64,000 nucleotides of DNA from positions 806,001 to 870,000 of the forward strand of contig CP120463.1 of the NCBI GenBank assembly GCA_034226945.1, written 5' to 3'. The stretch's first letter is position 1. Each line of letters opens with the position of its first letter. The position numbers and the translations under genes are program-made. Origin of the DNA: Picochlorum sp. SENEW3 (lineage: Eukaryota). Positions 11,398-25,600 of the stretch are shown here, one piece after another. The notes under the pieces are model-generated. The model was not told where the DNA came from and made no database searches. It was given only the letters and a program-made list of their open reading frames with translations.

Positions 11398-12601
11398 ATG
11401 GTTGCTATCGCTGCTATGCGCACCGGTGTCGTGGCTGGAGCCACTAGAGTACGTTTTGCACTGCTTGTCTCGTTCGGAGTCCTTTCCTAGGACCACATCT
11501 GTCGCGTTGTGTTGCAATGCTCATATCATGTGTGATTATTTCTATCATTTGCAGCGTACTACCACCATGCGTCGTACTGTCAAGGTATGTGTCGAGAGAA
11601 ATCTACCTGCTCACGGGTTTGCTGCAACGCCCAAGTACCTCGTGCGTCTCGATGAGATCGCGGGATGGGATGGTGAAACCCTTTAGTAATAATATCTGGG
11701 AATGACACGGAATGCGGCCGTGTTCTTCTAGGGTATTGAGACTCGCAGGTGAAGCAGTTGGCTGGATACGATTTTGCCTTATCCAGAGCAGATTCGATCT
11801 TGATAGCCAAGGCCATCACCAGCAGCTGATGGGCTCGATTGTGTCCCCTCGATCGTTGCACTGACAATGTGTTTGTTTGCTTGTTTGCAGTCCAAGAAGC
11901 CAGCTTCTCGCTCTTCCTCTTCCGAGTCTCAGTGGTACGGACCAGAGCGTCCACTTTTCCTCGGCCCATTCTCTGAGGGAGCTGTCCCAAGCTACTTGAC
12001 CGGAGAATTCCCAGGAGACTACGGATGGGATACCGCTGGATTCTCTGCTGATCCAGAGACCTTCGCCAAGAACCGTGAGCTCGAGCTCATCCACGCCCGT
12101 TGGGCTATGTTGGGTGCTTTGGGATGCGTTGTCCCAGAGCTCCTCCAGCAGAACGGAGCTGCCGAGTTCGGAGATGCTGCCGTCTGGTTCAAGGCTGGAG
12201 CCGCCATCTTCTCCGATGACGGACTCAACTACCTCGGAAACGCCAACTTGATCCACGCTCAGTCCATTGTTGCCACCGTTGCTTGCCAGGTGATCCTCAT
12301 GGGACAGGCTGAGGCTTTCCGTAACTCTCCAGCTGGACTTGACTGGGCTGAGGGTCTTGACAGACTCCACCCAGGAGGACCATTCGACCCATTGGGATTG
12401 GCTGATGACCCAGACACCTTTGCTGAGCTCAAGGTGAAGGAGATCAAGAATGGACGTCTTGCTATGTTCTCCATGTTCGGATTCTTCGTCCAGGCTATTG
12501 TGACTGGAGAGGGACCACTCAAGAACTTGAACGACCACTTGGCTGACCCAGGAGCAGTCAACGCCTGGAACTTCGCCACCAAGTTCGTTCCAGGAAACTA
12601 A
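11398..12601 (+). CDS. LHCBM: Major light-harvesting chlorophyll a/b-binding protein of PSII (LHCII), 3 exons
   Basis: Exons 11398-11448 ([17 protein letters not shown]), 11555-11584 ([10 protein letters not shown]) and 11891-12601. Motifs: [40 protein letters not shown]. Confidence 0.95.
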
Positions 12602-12866
12602 GCTGGAGATGATTTTTTGCATGGATGTGCTGGTGGCATGCCACTGACACAGTGCATTTAATTAAGAAAAAAATACGATGTTTTGGTTCACGCACGTGCT
12701 TTTTGTGTAACACATGACCACATCATAGTATTCATATTACATCCTCATGCATTATTTGTATGACAAAATTTTGGTGGCCATGATGACCTAGTGTACAAAA
12801 ATCCAAGCATGCATCGACTGGAGGCTGTCACAGGGCTTCAATGGGTGCTCGTATCATACAAGGTTT

Positions 12867-13483
12867 TCATCCAAACGTATTCTCTCCGCTGTACCTCATG
12901 TACAAGAAACCATCTTCATCCTTATGGTCGCTGAACACATCAGATATGAGGGCAGCATTTGGAGGCAGAATATTCCGCACAAATATGAACAATGCCTTCT
13001 CAGGATTCACTTGGATCCTCTTTCTGATCACATACGTGAACTGACCAACTGTTAAATCATTAGGAACGAGATATTTCTTCTTATCAATGGTCGGGACATC
13101 ACTTTTGTCAGCCTTCTCCACAATCACAGGGATTCTGTCTGGATACTTCTCTCGGATCCTCCGTGCCTCTGCTTGTCGTTTCTCTACATAGATATATCAT
13201 ATGTTTGTTATCATCTGCCCAGATGAGTCGCAATTCCACAATAACCCTTCCACGGTGTCATCTGTCGGAAACAACGTAGGTGACATTGAAACTCCCAAAA
13301 AATACCAGAAACACGGTGCATTGGCCCTCATATCAATTATATTTCATCACAGTATACCAAATTGAGGCAATACATCCAGAAAAATGGACGATTCGGGATG
13401 CTGCAAGTTGGACCTTTTCGAGCACTTCCTCGGAGCAAAAACCAATACAACGTACCTAGAGGATGGTCGTCTTTGAATGTCAT
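12867..13483 (-). CDS. ATG8: Autophagy ubiquitin-like protein ATG8, 2 exons
   Basis: Exon 13483-13456 (MTFKDDHPL), intron 13455-13184, then [24 protein letters not shown]...[18 protein letters not shown]. Confidence 0.95.
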
Positions 13484-13686
13484 AGCAATCTCTTTTATAA
13501 GAAAATCCAAATACCTCGAAATGGAACGCAATGTCGCACGGTGCTTAGGAAGTTCAGTGTCCAAGGGTTGCAGGTATCTATCCGAACCCGTGGACAATGG
13601 AGACGTTAAATGCCGCGTTACTGTCCCAAATTCAATTCAATTTTTGAATATACACGGGTTTGGAGGCTTTTGTGGGTACTTATGGG

Positions 13687-16600
13687 ATGAGTTGCACGAA
13701 TTGTATCGGGGCTCTCCGGATGGTCACAGTCGTGTCAATCGACTCTGCTCTAGGCAGAGTTGACTGCCTCATGTTGAACGGAGATATCGAGGTATCTTCC
13801 TACGGGCTGCCACGAATGTTTATTTCTCAGATCTATAGATGGGTTCGGTGTTGTTTGAAATCGAGACATACCAGCACTGGTTCATATTTGTTATAAAGGT
13901 GTACCATGTTTGCTACGGGAAAGACCAGAGTCTGAGTAGATACATCATTATTTGGTGTGGTACGTCGACCCGCTCGTTTGATGTGGTACTACTATTGTGG
14001 AAACATTCTCCAACTATGGCGATGGTGGTTGATTCATCGATGTCCTTTTAGGATGGATACATCAAGAGCTGACTGATCTGGATGGCTGTTTCTTGTGTAG
14101 GGTAGACATCGTTGCCTAGATCCAGGAATACATCACCAACACAGCATGGATTGTATAAAACGTGCATTACAGCTTGTTCTTTGTGAAGAGGTGAGTGCTG
14201 TGTGTCATACTGTCATGGAATGGCATCATGTTTGTTCTCATGCAGATTGTCACGTCTTTGCATGCAGGTCTCCCTCCATTTTTCTTCTTGTCATAGAGAT
14301 ACACTGGAGCAAAGTATAGAATATTTTTGGGAGGATATTGAGGAAGCCTGTTTTAATGGTGATGATGAACGTAGTAGGTCAATATCCCCCTGCACTTTTG
14401 TGTGGATACCAAAGGTGTGTATGGGTGATTCGTCTTCACATTAATGATTCTCCTACCTATAGAAGCATAGTAATCTCATATATAATGTGTAGAGTTTTTT
14501 GGGGAGTCCTGTTACGCCAACCATGGCTAGAGCTTCCTGGGAGCATGTTGATGCCTCTGTGGAGCTTTTGCTGATTCAAATTCTTAGAGTCGATGCTGAA
14601 GCGATAGAGGAGTATGGTGGGGATGTACATACAATGTGCAATATATTGAGGGATTATATTCGAATGACAACAATATCCTGCTGCGAGTCTCAGAGTTTTG
14701 TGAAGGATAGGATTCCACTGGAGCATTCTGAAGCCATATGGTTTTCAAAGAAATGTGGCAATCCTATTTTCGAGTTAATGAATAAAGTTATGAGATTTAT
14801 GAAGGACGATAAAGAACATGAGATGAGCTTCGGAGCATTCCAAGGGGATGTGCTGAGTTCAGTTGCATTGTGCATGATGGAGATTGACCAAATGCCTCTG
14901 TGTTCTGATAAAGCTGTACACGTGCCAATTACAACGCTGTTTCAGAACGTTTTGGAAAGATTTATACATGTATCAGACTGCATTGACGTCTGTAGATGGG
15001 CTGCTTTGATTGCAAAACAGAGAGATTTGGATGAAACTGATGGGTTCCATCATGGAACTTTTGAGCAAACACAAATTCAGCTTGAGGCGCTGTTGGCAAA
15101 GACATCTAATCTTCTAAGTCTATTTGGAGGTTTATGTAAAGCTAGTAAGCATATCTCCACGCAGAATGTTGACGAGTGGGGTGCTTCGTGGAGAAAGTGC
15201 CTGGAAGATGCATCATCCATCATGACACTTTATTCACCTTTCGCCTCGGTGGATATCCTTAGATTGGTGCTCTCATCGTTTTCTTACATGATTACCAAAC
15301 CTCTTCCCCACTTTTTGCCAGAGTGCGTGGACATGATACGTCAGGGTTCGGGCATGGAGGATTATTTAGGTGAGGCAGCACACGTCATGAGACAATTACA
15401 ATCCCTCCAGGTAAGCCTCGATGATCAGTGCGAGAGAAATATCCGTGAAATTTAACCCCATATTTTTGTTTTTGTAGGGTACAATGCAATGCTTGTTCAT
15501 TGGAGGGCAGTGCAAAGAAGAAGACGAAGAAGGCCTGCTTCAAGGGTCAATGTCAGTTCTCCATCTCATGCAATTCAGAGCACAAGCAATTCGTGAGATT
15601 TTCGGATACGAACAAAATCACGCATTCTTTGAGAACTTTAGAAAATCTGTTGATGGCATGGGAGATACTTTGGATGAATTCGGTGAGATTTTACGACAAG
15701 CAAAGAAGCACACTGGCGGTATCTTGGACAATGACTGCACTGTGGATATTGACATGCACTTGCAAGAGGCAATCATGCTGCTCCATAAAGCGACTCTTAA
15801 AGCTCTCAACAATATTCAGGATCATATTTTGACTCTTTCTAGCAGGAGAAGGGCTGAATTCATTGCGTCTGGTTGCATGCTGGATGAATCAGACTTGAAC
15901 ATTAAGAAGCTGCTCCAGGGCATTCGTGTGGCAATATCTCGAAAGGCCGAGGCTGAATTCGATATTGTGCAATCTGAGTTCGCAAAATGTCATCATACAA
16001 TCTTTCAGATCAAGGGATTGTCGAGATATTCTGGTGCTCTTACTTGGCTGGGATTCCTTCATAAGAAAGTAGCAGACCTTGATTCTTATGCATGCGTGTT
16101 GGAGAGAAAAGAAATCCACGAGAATTGTCGACATAATATTGCTTCTCAAGTACAGGAATTGTTACAAAAGGGCCTTGAGAAGTTTCAAGATGATTTGAGT
16201 TATTTGCAGACACCAGTCCTGCCCATCCAGCAAGATTCTGTGGCAGTACAATTCCATAAAGGTTTGAGGAGTGGCCTCATCGAGCTATTTTTTCTGCACA
16301 AGATGGGTCTTGTGCAATATAATAAATGCTTGATGGATGTCTCGAAGGTCTATTATGATGCAATGGCCACATTTCATACATTGAAGTATCTTACGTACGG
16401 ATCAATGAACATAGTTGACGACATTCATGCATTTTTTCCTCCCATTGCGATGCACGCGAGGTTACAAATATCTGAGTTTACAAATGCTGGATTAAAGTCT
16501 GTTTCATGGATTTCTGCCTCTCTTTCGGACTTCATGCAGCGCTTTGAGTTGCAGGTAGGAGAGCTGAAATCAATCAAAGACATTCTGCAAGAGAACCACT

Positions 16601-19600
16601 GGTCTCTGGCCTCACTCAGAAATGATGTAGATCAATCGCTTCGATTCGAATATTTGATGAACCAAAATGATGGCTGCACATTGGATGGTGCGATGAAATT
16701 AGTAGTCGGCATCATGAAAGAGTCACTGTCCACATACTACCCTGCAAGGTTAGACTGTGTCTTCATGGCCTTGGATTTGACGAAATTCATATATTCAATG
16801 CTTATCCATATCTAATGCAGTGATAACATTCTTCAATCGTGTGTGAAGAAGTTGGCTAACGTAGTCCGGAGTTGTCATAGTCAGTTTTGTGATTCAGTCA
16901 TTGATGCATACCAGCAAGACTTGAGAGGGCAAGTATCACTGATTTTTCTCCAGAGCTTAGCAAAATGTATCGAAAACTACGCAAAACGTGTTTTAGAAGT
17001 TGATCAGGATAGTTTGGTGGATACTGTGACCAGAGAATGGCGCATTTTTGTGAAAACTGACAGCAGTGAGGGCAGACCGGAGCAAGTCTTTCAGCTTATT
17101 GATGCAGCGATGAAGAACATGATCCGAAACTCTATGACGTTATTAGAACCTACAGTGAGTGATCATGAGCTGAACATTACTTGCCAAAAGTTGGGGAATA
17201 GTATAAAAGATGAAATGAATCGTGTTCAACTGGAGTTTAGGTTGAACAGCCTCAAATCGAGGTACAGCAGCAATTTTTCTTCAGGCATTAGTCATCCCTC
17301 TATTCCCGACTCTTCGGATGATCATAAAGCCGAAGAAAGATATGGTCCCATTGAAATAGATCACAAGACCTCTTTTGCCGCGATGGGTGAGATTTTTACG
17401 CATCCTCAAACGACCCCTTTGGCAGTAGACTCTGAGATAAGCATCGCAGTGACAAAGCGGCTGCACGTGGTACAAAGTATGGCTGCTTCATCAAATCAAG
17501 CAAATAGCATGGTTAAGTCACATAAAGAGCTGCATGGCAGGAAAGGCTCGCTTGAAATGCTCTTGTCGCGTTCCAAAAGCCTATGCAACTGCCTGTCAAA
17601 GTCTGTGGAGGAATCGCTTGGCTGCCCAATGGAGCACCTTTGTCTCCAAGAAGGTTTTCACCATCTCATCTCAGATCTCCAAGAGCAGTTGTGGATTTTA
17701 GAAGCATGGACTGATCACCTCAGACAAGAGCTCTTGGGAGTAGAAAGGTAATCCTTGTTGAGGATATGAATGCAATATCTCATTGCTGTTGGGTCTAATT
17801 CAAATGTACAAATGATTGCAGGGCTGGGCTGGATGTTCACCATCTTTTATTGGAGTCAAATATATTGATTGATAAAAGCGAAGCGATATCAAAATCAATT
17901 GTTTTGTTGCAAAGCCGTATCATCTCATCGGAGGATGAGATTTTGAGAAAGATTGAATCTCTGCGGAGAGAGCTGCATGAGATACAACACGATGTCCGAT
18001 GGGTTTTTGATGTTCACAGAATGTCAGAGGCAGAAATATTGAATATAATCGGCAATGGAGATCTGGAAGAAATTAGGATGAAGGTCGCGGAAGGGACAGA
18101 GCTCCTGGCAAACCTCAAATGTCTCTCACACCTTTTCAGCTTTCCAGATTACAGTGCTGAACCAATAGAAAATGCCCCTGACTTGCTAAATGCTTTAACT
18201 GAAATAATCAAACCAATGACCCAATGGAAACAGAAGGTGCTGGAGATTAGATCTTTGCCCTGGTGCCAGTACAAAATGAGGATTTCACGTGATTTGGAAA
18301 ACATATCAAGTGCTGAACACCATGTCAAAAATCTGCTCAAGTCGGCGGGGCACTGGACTTTATACCAGGAGTGCAATTCTTTCATGCAGTCAATTAGCGC
18401 GACCCTTAATCTATTGTCGTCTATCATGTCAAATACTCTTGAGAGCCGACACTGGGCTAAGCTTGGTGGTATTCTTGATCGAGAGATTCTGAGTGAGCAC
18501 TCTCTCAAGGTATCGCAAATTTGGACTGAGCACGTGCTGGACAAAAGGTACGCTACCCATGTGCAATTTGGTTTCGATTCATGGCTGACTATCAGTTTGT
18601 ACACAGATCTCAAATTGAAGATTTGATCTCCCTAGTGTCAAGGGAGAGCACAATAAGGACAAAACTGGATTCACTGAAGGAGCAATGGCAGGTAGCTGAG
18701 CTTGATCTCGTTGAATACAAAAGCAAAGGATTCATATATCTTCATGTGCGTATTTATTTATTTATGCCCTCTTTTCCCCCTGTGTTGTCCAAGAATCACT
18801 ATTGGTGAGTGGGATATGCAGCCTTCTGGGACCTCTGACATGATGGAGAAATTGGAAGACTCCATCATGACCTTGTCGAACATGTACACAAATCGTGCAT
18901 CCCTTCAGTTTCGGGATGAAATCAAGTCTTTCAATAAATTACTTTCAAATATTGAAGAAAGCATGCAGCTGTGGCTCTCTACGCAGTCAGTTTGGGCGTA
19001 CATGGAGGCTGTCTTTGAAGAGGGAGATATTGCTTGCCAGCTCCCCCACGAAGCTGCTAGATTTTCCAGAATCAACTCAGCATATCTTGAATTGATTCGT
19101 AATTCCTCAAATGATCTGTTGATCATGCATTTGTTTGAGGGAGATGGGATCAGGGAGCAATTAGTAACCCTGCTAAGCGAACTGGAAGTCTGCCAGAATA
19201 GTCTATCGGCCTACCTCGGTATGTCCTCTAATTCTTTTGATGCAGTCTTTTTCAGCTCACCAACAGATATTTGCTTGCAGAAACAAAGAGAAAAGCTTTT
19301 CCGAGGTTTTATTTTGTGTCTGACTCAACATTGTTGGAAATTTTGTCCAAAGGATCCGATCCAAGAGAAGTTCAAAAGCATTTTCAATCTGGCATATTTG
19401 AAGGAGTTGACCGTGTCAAATTTGAATCGGATAATAGCAATATCATAACACATCTAGTAAGCAAAGAAGGTGAAGAAGTCAAGCTGACAAGGAATGTTAA
19501 TGTCGGTGGCCCTGCAGAAGAGTGGCTGACTGATTTGGTCGATGCCATGAAAGAGACCCTGCGATATGAGGCAAGAAGGGCAGCCAAAGAAATCAGCAAG

Positions 19601-22600
19601 CAACCTATTCAGGAGTTTTTGTTCAATAGACCTGCTCAAATGGCCCTTCTTGGTCTGCAAGTCAAATGGACAGCCGATGTTCAACAGGCATTGATCCAGG
19701 CTTCGATGGGTAGGAAGGGAACCTTGAAGAGGCTTCTCACGACGTATGAATCCATTCTATCAGATCTTGTCAACCTCACCATGTCCGAAGAATTATCTAA
19801 AAGGGATCGGACGTCTCTGGAGACATGTATCACTGTTTTCATTCATCAGAAAGACACGATTGAAGAATTGCACAATAAGAGGGTAACTGATCCCAAATCG
19901 TTTGATTGGTTGAAACATGGAAGATTCAGGTGGAGAGAAGATAAAAATACCCTAATTGTGTATATTTGTGATAATGAATTTGAATATGGATATGAATACT
20001 TGGGGGTCAGGGAGAGACTGGTGATGACGCCCCTAACAGATGTTTGCTACGTGGCTTTGACCCAGGCCATCGGCTTGAACTTTGGTGGGGCCCCTGCTGG
20101 ACCAGCTGGCACGGGAAAGACAGAGACCACGAAAGACCTTGGTGCAACTCTAGGCCGATACGTTGTAGTTTTCAATTGCAGCGACCAGATGGATCATCAT
20201 ATGATGGGCCGAATTTTCAAGGGATTGGCTCAAGCAGGATTCTGGGGATGCTTCGATGAATTCAACAGAATTAATTTAGATGTCTTGTCAGTCTGTGCGC
20301 AACAACTGAATTGCGTCATGACAGCCTTAAGGGAGAGGAAACGCACATTCACGTTTACTGATGGAGACACTGTTCCACTAAACCCCGACGTAGGTTATTT
20401 CATTACCATGAATCCCGGCTATGCAGGAAGGCAGGAACTTCCCGAAAACTTGAAAGCATTGTTCAGAGGAGTTACGATGATGGCTCCAGACCGCCGAACA
20501 ATTATGAAAGTGAAGCTAGCCGCTGCAGGTTTCCAAGAAAGCGATACCATATCTACTAAATTCGATATGCTATATAAATTGTGCGAGCAGCAGCTAACGA
20601 AACAGCCGCACTACGACTTTGGGTTGCGAAATATTCTTAGTGTTCTGCGATCAGCCGGCTCTGCAAAGAGGGCAAATCCACATATGTACGTGATCAAGGC
20701 TGTTGTGTTCTGCATTTTTTTTTCAACTCATGTGCTTCGGATCACACACTGCAGGACTGAAACAACATTAATCATGAAGACTTTACATGACATGAACGTC
20801 AGCAAATTCGTTCCCGAGGACGTTGAAACATTCTCTGGACTCCTTCATGATGTTTTCCCTGCGAACGAAGCGAATGCTCATTCTGGTACACTATTTTTGG
20901 AAACTCTACAACGTTTATGCAGAGAAGAAGGCAAAATATCCCATGCCAGCTGGATTGACAAATGTGTCCAGCTGTACGAAACTTCTCTTGTAAGGCATGG
21001 AATCATGGTCGTTGGGCCCCCGCGCACTGGTAAGTCTTCAGCGATTGATATGGTCGCTAAGACTTTGACAGCATTGGGATCAAAAACAAGCATTTGGAGG
21101 ATGAATCCCAAAGCAATTACCTCTCCACAGATGTTTGGGAAGTTAGACGAAAGCACGGGCGACTGGACTGATGGTATTTTTTCTGCTCTCTGGAAGAAGG
21201 CATCGAGCGCATCACATTCGGTTTGGATTGTCCTAGATGGGCCAATTGATGCAGTCTGGATAGAGAATCTCAACACCGTCTTGGATGACAACAAACTCTT
21301 GACTTTGGCCAACGGCGATCGTATTCGCATGCTGCCTTCCATGAGGCTTATTTTTGAAGTAGAAAATCTGAAAAATGCTTCTCCCGCAACAGTCTCGCGT
21401 GCTGGGGTAATATACATGTCTCCAACAGTGCTTGGATGGGCGCCAATACTCCAGTCATACGTTCATAATTCTGAGCTTCCGCTCGGCAAAGCAAAGTCAT
21501 TGATTGATAAAGTTATCGATTCAGCAATCCGACATTTTCAAAGATGCAATGTGAAATCTGATGTGGGGTTGGCTAGGCTGGTAGAGGCTTTCGTAACCTA
21601 TCTTAGGGGCTATTCTGCCTCGAGCACAAAGTTTCAAGAAACCGTGCGACTGTGTGAACAAGAGGAGCTTGGGCAAACTTTGGTCGAAAATGTTATTTTA
21701 TTCTGCGCTATATGGAGCATTGGGGGGATTCTCGACGGCGAGAACAGGATTGTATTCTCTCAGAGTCTGAAATCCGAATGGGACCATCTCAAGTTTCTGC
21801 CTCAGGGAGAGCCAATACACGACTACTATTACTGTTTGGAGTCCGAGTGCTGGATAAAGTGGCAAGACCAGGTAGATAAACTTGATAACCTCGCGTTACC
21901 TCGATCCAATGACGACAAAATTGATATTTTGAAAGTCACTGTCCCGACTGCACAAGGTCTTAGCTGCAAGTTGCTGTTTGATTTGATAGTCTCTGCTGGA
22001 CGAACACCACATGTGCGTAAATTTGTTGACTCTAGATTATTAGCAAATTTGTTTGATGATAAAGAATATCATATTGTGGTGCAGATAATGGGGCCTCGTT
22101 CTTGCGGCAAGACGACAGCGATTCAACAGTACTGTAAGATAGATGGATGCCACAATACTCCCGCGACCTTTGTGACGTTCTCTGCCCTGACTTCGCCACA
22201 GATTTGTCAAAACGCTCTTGAAAGTTATTTAGAGAGGCGCCAGGGAAGAACATATGGGCCGATCGGAGGGAAACCTTCCATCTTTGTCTTGGATGACATC
22301 TCCATGCCAGACACCAATGAGTGGGGCGATCAACCTACAAATGAACTTGTGCGGCAATTATTTGAGCTGGGAGGATTTTATAGACTTGAGAAACCCATAG
22401 GAGAGTTTAAGATAGTGACAGATGTGACCTACATCACCTCGAGTTCTGTTGAAGGGGGACTAGAGCTTCCAAACAGGCTTTCAGGCAAATTGTGCTCAAT
22501 CTACCTCAGCCAGCCAACTCGAGAGGAATTGATAGCTATGTTGCATTCTCTTGTCGACGTCGCCGTGATGGCGGATAAATGGGATCGCTCAACTGAACTT

Positions 22601-25600
22601 TTGATGAAGAGCCTGGTTGACAAAACAGTGTCATTGTGTCATGAAACTACATCCAAACTGAAGAAGTCGTCTGAGAAATTCCACTACACTTTTGGAATGC
22701 ACGAGGCATGCACAATAATTAGGCATGTGCTCTTTTGGGCAATTGGGCGAGAAACGTTGAATGACCTGGTGGCCTTGTGGAATCATGAATGTCGCAGAGA
22801 ATTGATGGACAAACTCATGTGTAAAGAGCACTGGACTATTCTGAGTCCAATCCTGCAACGAGTAACTAGCGAGGTATGTGTTGAACTGTAATAAGGCGCG
22901 ATTGCAACAAATTTGTGTTACAGAGTTTGATCAACTTGTTGCTGTAGTTAAACTGCTCCCAATGTCACAATTCGTTGTTTTCGAATCTGCTCTCTAACGA
23001 GGACCTATCCCAGCAACAGTACATGGAAATACCTGGAGGTATAGTAGAGGCAAGGAAAAATATAGAGAAAGTTCTTGCGAAGAGGACGAGAAATGGTCCT
23101 TCGCTCGTTCTATTCGATGACGCGGTCGAGCATGTCGTCAAGATTTCTCGTGTGTTATCGCTCGAAAAGCGATCGACGATGCTTGTTGGCGTAGGAGGGA
23201 GTGGCCGAAAAAGCCTCACTGCTATCGCAGCTGAAATCGCGGAGTCCAAATGCTGTTTCCCCTCGAAAGGGCATGAGAAGTCCTTGACAAAATTCTTGGA
23301 GGATCTCAGGACAGTTTTCAGGGACAGCGGAATCAAAGGCCAAAATATAGCTTTCGTTCTATGTGATACGGACATCAAGAACGAAAATGTTTTGGATTAT
23401 ATTAATCAGCAGCTTGTCACGGGTAGAATTGCAGGCTTGTTTGAAAAAGAGGATGCAGATATAATAGTGTCAGACCTTAGGTCAGCTTTCAAAGAAACCA
23501 TGCCATCTGAACAGGACACACCTGAGCGGATTCTATCATTCTTTTGGGAGCGGGTCACACAGAATCTACACTTTGTATTCTGTTTCTCCCCAACCGGCGA
23601 CCAGCTACTAAAGTGGACAAAAAAGTTCCCTGGCCTCCTTTCTGGCTGTACAGTGAATTGGTTTCATTCTTGGCCCATACAAGCTCTGGAATCCGTCTCC
23701 AATAAACTCCTATCGTTGAGAAATGAATATTGTGATGCTAAAGAGATATCTTCTGTCGACATTTCTGTACTGGTCAGTAAAATCCATTTTCTAATGTCTG
23801 ACTTGTCTGAGACATACCGTGCAGAGACTGGGCGCGTCGTCCATATCACTCCCAAATCATATCTCTCGTTCATTGCGTCCGTGAATGATCTCATTCACAA
23901 AAAATATAAAGTTCTGAAAGATTCATACGGTGCTTTATGTTTAGGCCTCGAGAAGATGAACTCCGCAAAGGAGCAAGTAGACAAAATGAAAGATGAATTG
24001 AAAGTGAAGCAGGCCAATATAGCCGAATCGCAGAGACAAATGACAGCATTGATCAGCGAAATCGATAGCAGCACTAAAGATGCTACAAAAGAAAGAGAAA
24101 AAGTCCAAAACATCGTATCCAGTGTTACCAAGCAGGCTGAGGAGATCTATGAGACCAAGATGGAGGCTGAGAAAGACTTGGAAGCCGCTAAGCCAGCTCT
24201 AGATGCTGCATTACAAGCCCTGAACTCAATCACTCCTAAGGACATGAATGCACTGAAAGCTTTGAGGAAGCCGCCTGACGTTATCAAAAGGATCATGGAC
24301 TGTGTTCTGCTCCTTAGACATTTGCCCATTTCGCGCCCAAGCTGGCATGAGGTTAAAAACGTCATGGTGCTTGAAGCAACCTATGAGGAGTCTCTGAAAA
24401 TGATGAGCGACATGGGCTTCTTACAGACGCTTCTCAGCTTTCCAAAAGATGAAATGAATGATGAGACAGTCGAGCTTCTGCAGCCATATTTCAGGTCTCC
24501 TGATTTCAATTATTCCTCAGCGAAGAAGGCCAGTGGTAACGTCGCCGGCCTCTGCAATTGGGCAGAGTCGATGTGCAAGTACCATATTGTAGCTAGGGAA
24601 GTGGAGCCAAAAATTATAAGGCTGAAAGAATCTCAGAAAGAATTGAACTTTGCCAAGAAGGAAGAGGAGCGGGCAACTGCGGATTTAAAAATTGTCGAAT
24701 CGGCATTGAATTCTCTCCAACAGAAGTTCCAAGATGCTCAACGGAAGATGAACGATTTGAAAGAAGATGCCGAGAAGACAACAATGAAGATGACTAACGC
24801 GATGACTCTGATAGAATCCTTGGGGAGTGAGGAAACAAGATGGCGCATTTTGCATAAGGAAAAGCAGGTGCAAATGAAATACCTGCTGGGCGACTGCCTT
24901 CTCGCTTGTTCATTCACCTCGTATCTAGCACCAATAGGAGTTTCACATAGAAACACTTTCGTGCAAAGGGTGAAGGAACTCTGCGAAGGGATGGGGGCTG
25001 AGTCAAATCCTGACTTTTGCCCGGTTGACTTTCTGACCGAGTCTAGTTGGGTACTCGAGTGGATTGAAGAGGGTCTCCCATCTGACGATTTCTCCATACA
25101 GAACGGAACTCTTTTCACTTTAAGCCATAGAGTACCGTACATTATCGACCCACAAGGTCAGGCGCTACGTTGGCTGCAGCGGAAGTACAAAAATGCTGTC
25201 TGTATCCCACTATCAAGCAGCGCCTTTCCCAAGAGCTTAGAGGATTGCATAACCCAGGGGAGGCCATTAGTTATTCAAAATGTCGATAGTCACTTTGGAT
25301 CGTCCCTTGACGACGTGCTGGAGCCCTCATCAAACGGATATGTAAGATTGGCCGACAAAGAAGTTGAAGTGGCTCAAGGCTTTCGAGTAATCCTGATAAC
25401 CAGTCTCCCCAACCCAACCATATATCCTGAAATTTTTGCCAAATGCACAGTAATTAATTTTACTGTCAGTTTTAATGGTCTAGAGGATCAATTTTTGGGT
25501 TTCCTCATATCTAGAGATGAGGCATCCTTGGAAAACAAAAGGCAAAACTTGGACGAGGATGTGCGAAAATGCAAGTCGAAAATGCAGCAGCTCGAGTCAG

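Noticed and set aside
11816..12622. 268-aa antisense ORF over LHCII
   Set aside because: Same codon-bias shadow effect. The sense gene fully explains the sequence.
18500..23000. Apparent frameshifts splitting dynein (and RecQ, phosphorylase, PFK) into several ORFs, suggesting pseudogenes
   Set aside because: The breaks I checked coincide with short GT-AG introns that restore the frame.
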